A DNA stretch of 38,267 bases, taken from a virus. Lineage: Duplodnaviria > Caudoviricetes. The first letter of the stretch is position 1. Every line of letters begins with the position of its first letter. A program made the position numbers and the translations under genes. The notes under the pieces are model-generated. The model made no database searches. It had not been told where the DNA came from and saw only the letters and a program-made list of their open reading frames with translations. This document shows positions 17,433 to 25,154 of this stretch, piece by piece. The stretch spans positions 1 to 38,267 of IMG/VR virus record IMGVR_UViG_3300011335_000514; one strand, given 5' to 3'.

Positions 17433-18119
17433 TTATTTCTCTTCTAGATAGTCCGAACTGGAATCTTGTGGCTGACCCCTACGATGTGCTCCAAACATAT
17501 TTACAGCCATCTCTGCGTCATCCATTGAGCGGAATCGACTAGGCAATGTACGGCCTGCATGTCGTATCTCAATGTTTGAATCAGGATGCTCCCAGCACTC
17601 AAACTTGGCGCCATCTTCCAATGCTATGGTTTTTACATAGTTACATTCACCCACACTCACTGGGCTCATCATAGCAGTACCCGACATCATGGGTTCTTCT
17701 GTTTCACTATATTCGTCTTGATTGCCGGACTTGGCTGGATTCTTATCCTGCACCTTCTTAGCTGCTTGTCGTTCTAGGCGTTTTTTCTTGTCTTTGATAT
17801 CGTCGTCTTTTTTGGCTTCGAGATAGTCCAGATATTGACCAAGATCTTGTTTAACACGACTCAGCATGTCTTCGTCGATCTCGCTCATATGGCGAGCCAA
17901 CGCACTGGATTTCATACTGTCTCCAAACATGTTTTTGCCCAGGGGTTTCTTTTGAGTATCGCTGCCCAGCACAGGTGATATGTTTTCCGGCTTGAACAAT
18001 GCAGGCAGTTGTGGCACTGACTTCTGTTGTTTATTCAACCCATGCTTGACTGATACCGGAGTGAGATCTGATTCAATCATTCTCAGCCGGTCTAGGATCT
18101 TTGCTATGTCATCGTTCAT
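17433..18119 (-). CDS. Hypothetical virion-associated protein (228 aa)
   Basis: N-terminal MNDDIAKILDRLRMIE-S leader, internal MSE/IDE/VGE sites, C-terminal DYLEEK. Confidence 0.7.
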   Translation of the reverse strand: MNDDIAKILDRLRMIESDLTPVSVKHGLNKQQKSVPQLPALFKPENISPVLGSDTQKKPLGKNMFGDSMKSSALARHMSEIDEDMLSRVKQDLGQYLDYLEAKKDDDIKDKKKRLERQAAKKVQDKNPAKSGNQDEYSETEEPMMSGTAMMSPVSVGECNYVKTIALEDGAKFECWEHPDSNIEIRHAGRTLPSRFRSMDDAEMAVNMFGAHRRGQPQDSSSDYLEEK

Positions 18120-18556
18120 GCTCGTTCAACTTTCAAGAAACTGGTCAATTGCCAACGATACTTGCCATGGGCACTGAGTCGTTCTGCGATAAAGTTGGCG
18201 ATACCTTGTTCGTTGTTGTCGTTGGCTTCTGCAAAGCAACGGGTCAACAGGTCAAGCATCTGATCGTTGTTGACCTTGAGTTCTTCTAACATGAGTCGAG
18301 CACGGGGGATCTTTGTTTGTCCTGAGATCTCTGTGAGTTCACTGAAACGCTCAAGACTTGCTGGCGAGTATTCACCTAGGTAGCGGATGTATTCTGCTGT
18401 GGGATCTAATGCTGAATAAGCATCTTCGTAGACATTTTGGAAAAACTCATGCAGTTCTCCAAAGTCCGGTCCTTCCACATTCCAGTGAAAGCCTTGGGCT
18501 TTTAGGTAGTAGGCAAAATTAGTTGCCAGGAGCGTTTTTAAACTGTCTGAGAGCAT
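18116..18556 (-). CDS. dps: Dps / DNA starvation-protection ferritin-like protein
   Basis: FHWNVEGPDFGELHEFF...LDPTAEYIRYLG and HGKYRWQL Dps signatures; start moved to the ATG at 18556, preceded by AAAGGA. Confidence 0.9.
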   Translation of the reverse strand: MLSDSLKTLLATNFAYYLKAQGFHWNVEGPDFGELHEFFQNVYEDAYSALDPTAEYIRYLGEYSPASLERFSELTEISGQTKIPRARLMLEELKVNNDQMLDLLTRCFAEANDNNEQGIANFIAERLSAHGKYRWQLTSFLKVERA

Positions 18557-18731
18557 GCTTGTTCCTTTTGTATTCTTTCGGCGTATTAGGTGTTGGGTCC
18601 GTTGTGTATTTACCACTCAACATAGATCCGCCTTGTCTTGTTTGCATGCCCAAGGGCTGACTCACTGTTGCCACTGATCCAGAGCCTGTGCTACCGCCTG
18701 ATGCGTCTTCCATTATTTCATGTGCTCTCAT
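18519..18731 (-). CDS. Small protein with capsid-targeting-like leader
   Basis: MRAHEIME-DASGGSTGSGSVATV; overlaps the dps start by 38 nt. Confidence 0.7.
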   Translation of the reverse strand: MRAHEIMEDASGGSTGSGSVATVSQPLGMQTRQGGSMLSGKYTTDPTPNTPKEYKRNKHALRQFKNAPGN

Positions 18732-19020
18732 CTATGATCCTTAACTGTGAGTTCTTCTTTATATATGCATGGTCTGACCCATGCTCGATCCTAACATTCT
18801 TTACTTCCATTGTGCCCTGTGCCGGTGGAACCAGTTCCCAACGCAGATTGTATTTGCCCGGAGGCGCATTTACCACCAGTATCTCTTCTAAGTAATATCC
18901 TTGCCATACCCATGTGCGTTCTGTAAACAGCTCATTGCCCACATAAATCCTATATCTAGGAGGATCACCTTGCCAATCCAGACTGACATCAGCTCGGACT
19001 ACCACTGACTGTCTGGTCAT
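18718..19020 (-). CDS. Hypothetical beta-rich protein (100 aa)
   Basis: Coupled to neighbouring genes; PPRYRIYVGNELFTERTW; no family recognised. Confidence 0.7.
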   Translation of the reverse strand: MTRQSVVVRADVSLDWQGDPPRYRIYVGNELFTERTWVWQGYYLEEILVVNAPPGKYNLRWELVPPAQGTMEVKNVRIEHGSDHAYIKKNSQLRIIDEST

Positions 19021-19217
19021 TTTGTTAGAAAACTAGTGGGTGTAGTGTTTTTCTTTTCAGAGTCACGAATCTCTTCTGTTCGGGGTTTCTTATGGGCTTT
19101 TTTCATTGCGATAGCGATGGCGGCTTGTTGTGCTGCGTTGGCTGCTTCTTCCACATCCTTTTCGCCCAAGAAGCCCATACCCTCGGTTTGTGGTCGGAAT
19201 AGCTCAAAGATCAACAT
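19017..19217 (-). CDS. Small basic protein with leader variant
   Basis: MLIFELF...VEE-AANAAQQAAIAIAMKKAHKKPR; TAATG and ATGA overlaps with neighbours. Confidence 0.65.
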   Translation of the reverse strand: MLIFELFRPQTEGMGFLGEKDVEEAANAAQQAAIAIAMKKAHKKPRTEEIRDSEKKNTTPTSFLTK

Positions 19218-19993
19218 TATCGTTTAGCTTTTGGTTCAGCTGTTTGGATGCCTAGATCTTGTGCTGCGGCAATGTAGTCGTCTCCTGTAAAGCCAGCCCC
19301 GCCAGCAGCCTTGGACCAAGGACCGGTTGATCCTTTTATGGCCTGAGCCACAAATTTAGGATCTTGAAGGTCTGCGATCAAATCTCTTTTATATGCTCGG
19401 TCGTATTCATCTTTGGCCAGAGCCAAGGCTGCGAGATCTTGATTCTTAGGGGAGAAGTCAGATGGATCAATACCTGCTAACTTAGCGGCTCTGAGCCAGG
19501 TGGTCCATACCATCTGATATCTGCCAGATGCTGTGAACCGTTTTTTAGGATTTTCTACCTCTTTACCATCTACTTTGTAACCATGTGCGAACGGATGTTC
19601 TCCGGGACCACCAGATCTTTCTAATCTTCCGGCTTTTATTAAATCTCGAGCTAGGTAGTTGATAGAGTCATAACTGCCCTTCATAGCTTCTTTTTTGGAG
19701 ATCATATTTAACCATGCCTGCTCTACATCGCTGACTCCACTGGAATCTACTTCTGCTGTCTTTGGTTTTGGTGTCGGCTGAACAGGCCCGGTGCCGCCTG
19801 TTTTCGGCACCCTTAGGGTATTACCTGTGATGATGAGATCACGATTGGTTATTTGCGGATTCAACCACATCAGTCCGTCTACTGTGGTGTCAAACCTCGA
19901 TGCCAATTTACCCAAGGTATCACCACGCTGTATGGTATACATCTTATAACGATCAGTATCGTCGGCCTCGCGTAAAAATTCAAATGATTTCAT
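19217..19993 (-). CDS. LysM domain + lambda-R-like (GH104) muramidase / lytic transglycosylase with capsid-targeting-like leader
   Basis: MKSFEFLRE leader; LysM YTIQRGDTLGKLASRFDTTVDGLMWLNPQITNRDLIITGNTLRVP; AWLNMISKKE, TASGRYQ and DFSPKNQDLAA match lambda endolysin motifs. Confidence 0.85.
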   Translation of the reverse strand: MKSFEFLREADDTDRYKMYTIQRGDTLGKLASRFDTTVDGLMWLNPQITNRDLIITGNTLRVPKTGGTGPVQPTPKPKTAEVDSSGVSDVEQAWLNMISKKEAMKGSYDSINYLARDLIKAGRLERSGGPGEHPFAHGYKVDGKEVENPKKRFTASGRYQMVWTTWLRAAKLAGIDPSDFSPKNQDLAALALAKDEYDRAYKRDLIADLQDPKFVAQAIKGSTGPWSKAAGGAGFTGDDYIAAAQDLGIQTAEPKAKR

Positions 19994-19994
19994 G

Positions 19995-21401
19995 TTAGTC
20001 TTTCAATCCTGCTAGGAATCTCATGCGACTGATTTCTTGAGATTCTCTAAGAGATGCTGGCGCGGATGCAGGCTTTGCTGGAGCAGACGCGGGCTTTGCT
20101 GGAGCGGACGCTGGTTTCGCTGGAGCGGACGCTGGTGCTGCTGGAGGTGCTGCCGCAGGCGCTGCTGATGGTGCCGGAGCAGGTGCGGCTGCCGGTGCTG
20201 CGGATCCTTGGCCGCCGCCAGGACGACCGGCTTCATCGTGGCCTGGCTGCCCTGCCATTTTTCTTTGTTCGGCGTTTCTAGCCATACCTGCGTCGAGTGC
20301 TTTGTCTTCACCCTTCTGAGCAGTTGAGTATGATCCGCCCTTCCAAGGAAATGTCTTTAATCCTTGACCTCTGGCTGTTTTAAATGCTTGTCCAAATGAC
20401 ATCTTATCAAAGTTGGTCGCATCAGCTGCCGGAGTCTTATCTCTCATTGCCCCGGCTAACCCTGTGTTACCCGCAGCAATGGCGGCGCCTGCTGCTGTAG
20501 CAGCAGCATCGGCAGCGGGTGCTGGAGCAGGTGCCGGTGCGGGTGCTGGAGCGGGTGCTGCTGCCGCTGCCGCGGGTACTGCTGCCGCTGCTGGTGACTC
20601 CAGACCACCAAACTCATCTGTTTGTCCGGCAAATGGTGCTGCTGGTTTTATACCAGCCAGTTGTTGCAATCGGTCAGATTCTGATGACAACGGTGTGTTA
20701 CCCACTCCTGTGTCCGTGACTGGTTTACGGGCAGCATCAGCAGCTGCCGCTGTGGCTGCATCAGTGCTAGATGCGCCTGTGGTTCCGGCGGCAGGCGCCA
20801 CTGATGGATTGTTCATTCCTGTTCCGTAACCACCTGCACCAGCGGCCGCTGGTGCTGCGGGTGCTGGTGCTGCGGGTGCTGCTGGTGCTGCGGGTGCTGC
20901 GGGTGCTGCTGCCGCCGGTGCTGGTTTACGACCCTGCAAGCGAGCCGCTTCATCGCCTGTATCGGTTGCCGGTTCGTACCCACCTTGACCAGCATGTGCA
21001 TCGCCTTTGGTCTGCGGTGCTGCCGCCTGGGCAGTCTGTACCACAGCCGCCCCACCACCGGAAACCAGATCCGATCCATCACCTGTTTTGATAGGCTTTC
21101 CGTCGCCACCAACTACTTTTCCATAGTTTGGATTGGCCGCTTGGAAGTCTGCGATTTCTTTTTGTGTAGCAGGCTTGTATCCCATTCTTGCCCGTTGAAC
21201 TGGATCAATACTGGTGCCAGCAGGTGCATCTTTTAATTCTTCTGGTTTAGCACCAAAAAATCCTTTGATTGAATTGAGGTTTTTCTGGCCTTGTGCTATC
21301 CTTGCGGCATCTGCTTGAGCAGCAGCAACAGTACCTCGTGCTGGCCCACCAGAATCTTCAGGGTTAGGCGGTGCTTCGTTGATAATTTCTTTAAATCTCA
21401 T
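19995..21401 (-). CDS. Ala/Pro-rich low-complexity virion protein with capsid-targeting-like leader
   Basis: MRFKEIINE leader; PAA/PAP tracts; SFGQAFKTARGQGLKTFPWKGGSYST module; ends LRESQEISRMRFLAGLKD; AAAGGA RBS. Confidence 0.75.
   Translation of the reverse strand: MRFKEIINEAPPNPEDSGGPARGTVAAAQADAARIAQGQKNLNSIKGFFGAKPEELKDAPAGTSIDPVQRARMGYKPATQKEIADFQAANPNYGKVVGGDGKPIKTGDGSDLVSGGGAAVVQTAQAAAPQTKGDAHAGQGGYEPATDTGDEAARLQGRKPAPAAAAPAAPAAPAAPAAPAPAAPAAAGAGGYGTGMNNPSVAPAAGTTGASSTDAATAAAADAARKPVTDTGVGNTPLSSESDRLQQLAGIKPAAPFAGQTDEFGGLESPAAAAVPAAAAAAPAPAPAPAPAPAPAADAAATAAGAAIAAGNTGLAGAMRDKTPAADATNFDKMSFGQAFKTARGQGLKTFPWKGGSYSTAQKGEDKALDAGMARNAEQRKMAGQPGHDEAGRPGGGQGSAAPAAAPAPAPSAAPAAAPPAAPASAPAKPASAPAKPASAPAKPASAPASLRESQEISRMRFLAGLKD
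20053..20136. repeat. 21-nt tandem repeat encoding PASAPAK x3 + PASAPAS
   Basis: Visible in both DNA (gctggagc[ag]gacgc...) and protein. Confidence 0.85.
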
Positions 21402-21431
21402 AGTATGTTCCTTTGAGTGTGATACTTGCTT

Positions 21432-21438
21432 TATTTAT
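21432..21438 (-). promoter_or_regulatory. T4-like late promoter
   Basis: ATAAATA in the 38-nt intergenic gap, 30 nt upstream of the ATG at 21401. Confidence 0.6.
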
Positions 21439-21439
21439 T

Positions 21440-21643
21440 CTATTTGCCCTGCGAGGCCAATCTTGCTCCATTGTTAAAACTGTTGCTGTGACTCATCGCA
21501 GTGCGATTTCCACGGGCCTTAGACCATGAATACCCGGCTCTGTGACCCGAACAATCCTTGGTGCAGGGACTGCCCAAGAAGGTGAGTTCATCAAGTTCTT
21601 GCTGAACAGGCTTTTTCTTGCGGATAAATTCTCTTGCTCTCAT
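21440..21643 (-). CDS. Small Cys-containing protein with capsid-targeting-like leader
   Basis: MRAREFI...LDE-LTFLGSPCTKDCSGHRAGYSW...SNSFNNG. Confidence 0.75.
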   Translation of the reverse strand: MRAREFIRKKKPVQQELDELTFLGSPCTKDCSGHRAGYSWSKARGNRTAMSHSNSFNNGARLASQGK

Positions 21644-21647
21644 AATA

Positions 21648-22202
21648 TTATGCCAATTGTTGTTTGAACCAATTTAAGAATGGTTCATTTTTAGGATGTT
21701 GTAAGGCCTTTGCTTGAGCATCAAACCGTGCTTGATATATCGACGAGCCATTCCATACTCGATAAAATGGTATGCTTAATCTCTGAGCTGTTGCGATTTT
21801 TTCATGCAAAAACACAATCCAAAATAGATTCAAATAGTCAGTCATTCCTGCCTGCACCACTTTATCAGAAAACTTTTTTTGTTGAGGACGACCGTCAAGC
21901 ACCAGGCCGTTGTATCCAAAGTCTTCTCTGCCTTCAACCATCGCCAACATTGCCCATGTCTCGGGCGATATCACAGGTAGCAGTTTTTTATCTCTCGCCC
22001 ATTTGTACGCAGATAACATTTTGGTCATTTGTGTATTTGGATTAAAAGAAAGGGGCAGTGTTTCTATAGTACCAGTACGTGCATCACCTCTCCACGCTTG
22101 CAACCACCCAGCAGGCAGAGGCTGATCTGGCTGCCAGGCGCGGGCTACGCCTTGGGGGGGTACAGCTTGCCCGCCTTCAGTGACAAATTCTTGTGATCTC
22201 AT
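21648..22202 (-). CDS. Hypothetical protein with capsid-targeting-like leader (possible lysozyme-like fold)
   Basis: MRSQEFVTE leader; AMLAMVEG and FYRVWNG are only weakly reminiscent of transglycosylase motifs. Confidence 0.65.
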   Translation of the reverse strand: MRSQEFVTEGGQAVPPQGVARAWQPDQPLPAGWLQAWRGDARTGTIETLPLSFNPNTQMTKMLSAYKWARDKKLLPVISPETWAMLAMVEGREDFGYNGLVLDGRPQQKKFSDKVVQAGMTDYLNLFWIVFLHEKIATAQRLSIPFYRVWNGSSIYQARFDAQAKALQHPKNEPFLNWFKQQLA

Positions 22203-22522
22203 CGTGATAGATCCTTGAATCCTTTTATAGCATCACCGATGGCCATTATATCTCCTATCACAGGAGTGCGACTTAGAATAAATCGGCCAAGGTTTTTTGG
22301 GCCATCCTCTGGCTTGCCAAACATTTCTTTTTCTTTTTCAGTATATGGCCTGTTGGTACCATAATCCCAATACATACGCCATTCATCCGGTGTCCATTTC
22401 TTGCCCGTGGCAGGATTTATGCTGTTTTGAAGTTTACGAACCTCGTCGTGAGTCCAAGGTCTACCTGTGTCGGGATTTATATCGCTGGCACTTTCTTCTT
22501 TTAAAAATTCATGTGATCTCAT
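22199..22522 (-). CDS. Small protein with capsid-targeting-like leader and internal repeats
   Basis: MRSHEFLKE leader; INPDTGRPWTHDE, INPATGKKWTPDE and a degenerate third unit WDYGTNRPYTEKE. Confidence 0.7.
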   Translation of the reverse strand: MRSHEFLKEESASDINPDTGRPWTHDEVRKLQNSINPATGKKWTPDEWRMYWDYGTNRPYTEKEKEMFGKPEDGPKNLGRFILSRTPVIGDIMAIGDAIKGFKDLSR

Positions 22523-22998
22523 TCAGCATCTCCGAATATTGGGCCACCTATGAAGTGCCCATTCTGACTCAACACACCATTGCGTAACTGTTTGATGATA
22601 GGCTCAGTGATGTCTCTGCGACGAAAGTGCGGCAAAAAGATATGTGTCTCCACAGGTGCATCATTGTTTTCTTCTTGTATGGCATACATCCTGTGTCGCC
22701 CGTCATGATCACGCACCTTGGCTTCCATGCTGAAGTCTCCATCCTCCCACTCCTGTGGCACTGCTATGGTCAGGAATGGTGCGCCAAATCCTTGATCGTT
22801 GATCTGCTTCTTCAAGTGATTGATAGTTTCGCGTTCTTCGGGACTGTTCTTGTCCAAGGGCAAACTCAGCTTGAGGAATGTACTGGGTCGCATCACAGTG
22901 CGTAAGCCAAAGTAATGCACATCGGCATTGTGCGGCACAGCACCAAGACCTCGCTTGTTGTCTATCTTTAGTTCGTTTAGAAATTCATGTGATCTCAT
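22519..22998 (-). CDS. ParB/Srx-like domain protein with capsid-targeting-like leader
   Basis: MRSHEFLNE leader; INHLKKQINDQGFGAPFLTI...DHDGRHRMYAI (DG.HR motif). Confidence 0.65.
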   Translation of the reverse strand: MRSHEFLNELKIDNKRGLGAVPHNADVHYFGLRTVMRPSTFLKLSLPLDKNSPEERETINHLKKQINDQGFGAPFLTIAVPQEWEDGDFSMEAKVRDHDGRHRMYAIQEENNDAPVETHIFLPHFRRRDITEPIIKQLRNGVLSQNGHFIGGPIFGDAE

Positions 22999-23807
22999 GC
23001 TACCGCCATTTCTGGATTGTTGGCCAGTGCAGTATCAAACTTCTGCATGCCCTGCATTATGTGTTGTAGCCACACATTCTTATCTGCCATGCCGGTATCG
23101 GGCTGTACCGCCGGTGCTGACTGTGATTTTATGGCTTTTTCTACATTGTCTCTACGCTGTGGTACACTAGGATAAGTATCCCCTGATCTAAATGGTGTCC
23201 GTTGATATGCAATGGTGAAATGATCAAAGGCTTTGCGTCTGTCGTATCCAAGTTTGTATGCCAGCAAGGCCCCGTAGACATCAGCATCCGATTCTTCTAT
23301 TCTACTTTGTGCCGCCGATGGTTTTTGATTTCTAATCTTAGGATTGAGCCAATTCTTTTGTGGACCATATGCCCAGACCATGTGCCCTATTTCATGACCT
23401 ATTGTATAAGCTAAACAATCATCACTAAGGTCCCAGAAGCACCCCACATCAAGTGTGATCTCTCGATCATTAAAATTTGCACGAGCGTACGCCGTTTCGC
23501 CGTCTAATGGAACCTGAACTGTTACCCCATTCAATGCTGCCCGCTCCTCTGGGGGCATCTCTGCTTTTATTTGATTGAAGATCCTCTGTGCTCTGGCCTG
23601 GAGTTTGATAGCACGGGGTTCCCACACTTTCTTTTCATCAGGAGTCAACTGCCCGTAGTTTTCTTTTTTGCCAAGTTCGTAGTATCTATAAGTGGGGTAA
23701 GTGTGCAAATATTGATCAGCATTGACTTTTTGCATGTCGGGGTTCTGGCCAAACTGACCAGCACCGTCGTCATACTCTTCTTCGCGGAGAAATTCCCTTG
23801 CTCTCAT
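22995..23807 (-). CDS. M48-family-like zinc metallopeptidase with capsid-targeting-like leader
   Basis: MRAREFLRE start at 23807 (TGATG overlap); LAYTIGHEIGH (HExxH), EESDADVYG (E..AD..G), TYPSVPQR (THP...R equivalent). Confidence 0.8.
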   Translation of the reverse strand: MRAREFLREEEYDDGAGQFGQNPDMQKVNADQYLHTYPTYRYYELGKKENYGQLTPDEKKVWEPRAIKLQARAQRIFNQIKAEMPPEERAALNGVTVQVPLDGETAYARANFNDREITLDVGCFWDLSDDCLAYTIGHEIGHMVWAYGPQKNWLNPKIRNQKPSAAQSRIEESDADVYGALLAYKLGYDRRKAFDHFTIAYQRTPFRSGDTYPSVPQRRDNVEKAIKSQSAPAVQPDTGMADKNVWLQHIMQGMQKFDTALANNPEMAVA

Positions 23808-24661
23808 CAGCAGTTCCACTTCCTTAATGCCAATGCCTTGCGTGTGGGTTTGCCATTGGGTTTCTTCATTGGCCCTTTCACCCCGCCCATCCTGGCACAG
23901 AAACTTTTACGACGCTTGGCTGCTTTGGATCCGGGCTTGAGTTTGCTGGGCTTGGTTGTCACTGCCATCTGTAGTTTGCTGCCGGGATTCTCTCTACGGT
24001 AACTGGCCACACCTTTGGCATTTAGCCCGCCTTTTTTGCTCTTGCCTGCACTTCTACGCCAAGCAGCAGTTTCAAACAGTTCGTCATCATCTACTGATTC
24101 AAAGTCTTCCCAGATCTGTTCGGCATCAACACCATGTGCCTCGGCTAGTTGTTCAACCATGTGTTCGATCATATCAAACTGTTCGTCCAGGCTAAGACTT
24201 TCAAAAGTGGCTTCAAGTTCATCGGAAGTATCGCCAGTTACTTTATATGTTTTACCACTGACTTTGAATGTATCTTTGCCTGCCTTGATAGCATTCATTC
24301 TGGCATCGGTGAACACATTTGATTCGTCCATACTTTCGTTGGGCACACAGTTACGGACCTGGCCGCCATTCCGGCCTGTCTTAGTGCCTTCTGCATGTTT
24401 GCCCGGCCAGCATTTGGTCACACCATTTGAATCCTTGGCACCTGTTTTGAGTTCCATGATGCTGCCGTGTGTGCGACACATGCCGCAGTCTTCGCACACC
24501 ATTTCTGTCTCCATGGATTCGTTGTGTTTCTTCTTGCCGGCGCAATGTGCCCGTTGACTAAAGCCCTTGGGGTGAGAGCAGTTGATACTGCTTTTGTATT
24601 TTTGACTCCACTTTTCTTCTAAGTGGCGGACACTTTCAGTTATAAATTCATGCGATTTCAT
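23807..24661 (-). CDS. Multi-module basic protein with capsid-targeting-like leader
   Basis: MKSHEFITE leader; Cys-paired basic modules separated by acidic E sites; C-terminal AWRRSAGKSKKGGLNAKG...SFCARM...KWNC resembles the phage DUF6321 family as recalled. Confidence 0.75.
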   Translation of the reverse strand: MKSHEFITESVRHLEEKWSQKYKSSINCSHPKGFSQRAHCAGKKKHNESMETEMVCEDCGMCRTHGSIMELKTGAKDSNGVTKCWPGKHAEGTKTGRNGGQVRNCVPNESMDESNVFTDARMNAIKAGKDTFKVSGKTYKVTGDTSDELEATFESLSLDEQFDMIEHMVEQLAEAHGVDAEQIWEDFESVDDDELFETAAWRRSAGKSKKGGLNAKGVASYRRENPGSKLQMAVTTKPSKLKPGSKAAKRRKSFCARMGGVKGPMKKPNGKPTRKALALRKWNC

Positions 24662-24673
24662 TTACATCACCTT
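24642..24673. repeat. 32-bp direct repeat, copy 1 (RBS + leader codons)
   Basis: ataaattcatgcgatttcatttacatcacctt; 31/32 identical to 25123-25154. Confidence 0.95.
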
Positions 24674-24677
24674 TCTC

Positions 24678-25142
24678 TTAAGACTTGTTGCCGTAGTTGC
24701 CGGCACCTTTTTTGCGACACTGAACCAGTCGACCTGACGCATAGGCCGACGGCCATACTTTTGCCGAAGCCTTGACTTTATAGTAACAAGCATCTTTCTT
24801 TTCCATTAGGTCATCGTATTCCATCAGTGGCCCACCACAATGCGGGCAGCGTTGTTCGTTTGTTTTTTTCTTGGTAGGCACATTGATGGCAGCACCATGC
24901 CGATCTGGGTTAGGATCTTGTCTACGCTTTCTTGCTGCTGCACTGGCTCGGCCTTTTTTGCCCAGGGCATGTGCCTTGGCCTGCGGCAAACACTTGGGCT
25001 TGCCTTCTGATTCCGATCCGCGAGCACAGTCACCACGGATCTTGCCATCGGGACCAAATCTCACCCATTTTTCTTTGAACCACTGGTGTAGATTTTCTTC
25101 CAACTGCTGTATGTGTTCTGTGATAAATTCATGAGATTTCAT
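24678..25142 (-). CDS. Multi-module basic protein with capsid-targeting-like leader
   Basis: MKSHEFITE...LEE-NLHQWFKEKWV...KCLP; CPHCGG zinc knuckle; LME-KKDACYYKVK...WPSAYASGRLVQCRKK. Confidence 0.75.
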   Translation of the reverse strand: MKSHEFITEHIQQLEENLHQWFKEKWVRFGPDGKIRGDCARGSESEGKPKCLPQAKAHALGKKGRASAAARKRRQDPNPDRHGAAINVPTKKKTNEQRCPHCGGPLMEYDDLMEKKDACYYKVKASAKVWPSAYASGRLVQCRKKGAGNYGNKS

Positions 25143-25154
25143 TTACATCACCTT
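25123..25154. repeat. 32-bp direct repeat, copy 2
   Basis: ataaattcatgagatttcatttacatcacctt; spans the start of 24678..25142 and the last codons of the upstream gene. Confidence 0.95.

Noticed and set aside
14690-20920. GC-rich gctg/gcag repeats (about 14690-14870, 14140-14270, 20480-20600, 20830-20920) as mobile or regulatory repeats
   Set aside because: They are explained by Ala/Pro low-complexity linkers in two proteins.
16473-22160. G7 tracts at 16473-16479 and 22154-22160 as phase-variation sites
   Set aside because: They are short, in frame, and simply encode Ala-Pro-Pro and Val-Pro-Pro-Gln; there is no frameshift evidence.
21626-25154. Leader repeats as integron attC sites or CRISPR repeats
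   Set aside because: They are protein-coding, not palindromic, and no integrase or cas gene is present. Kept only as possible recombination handles.
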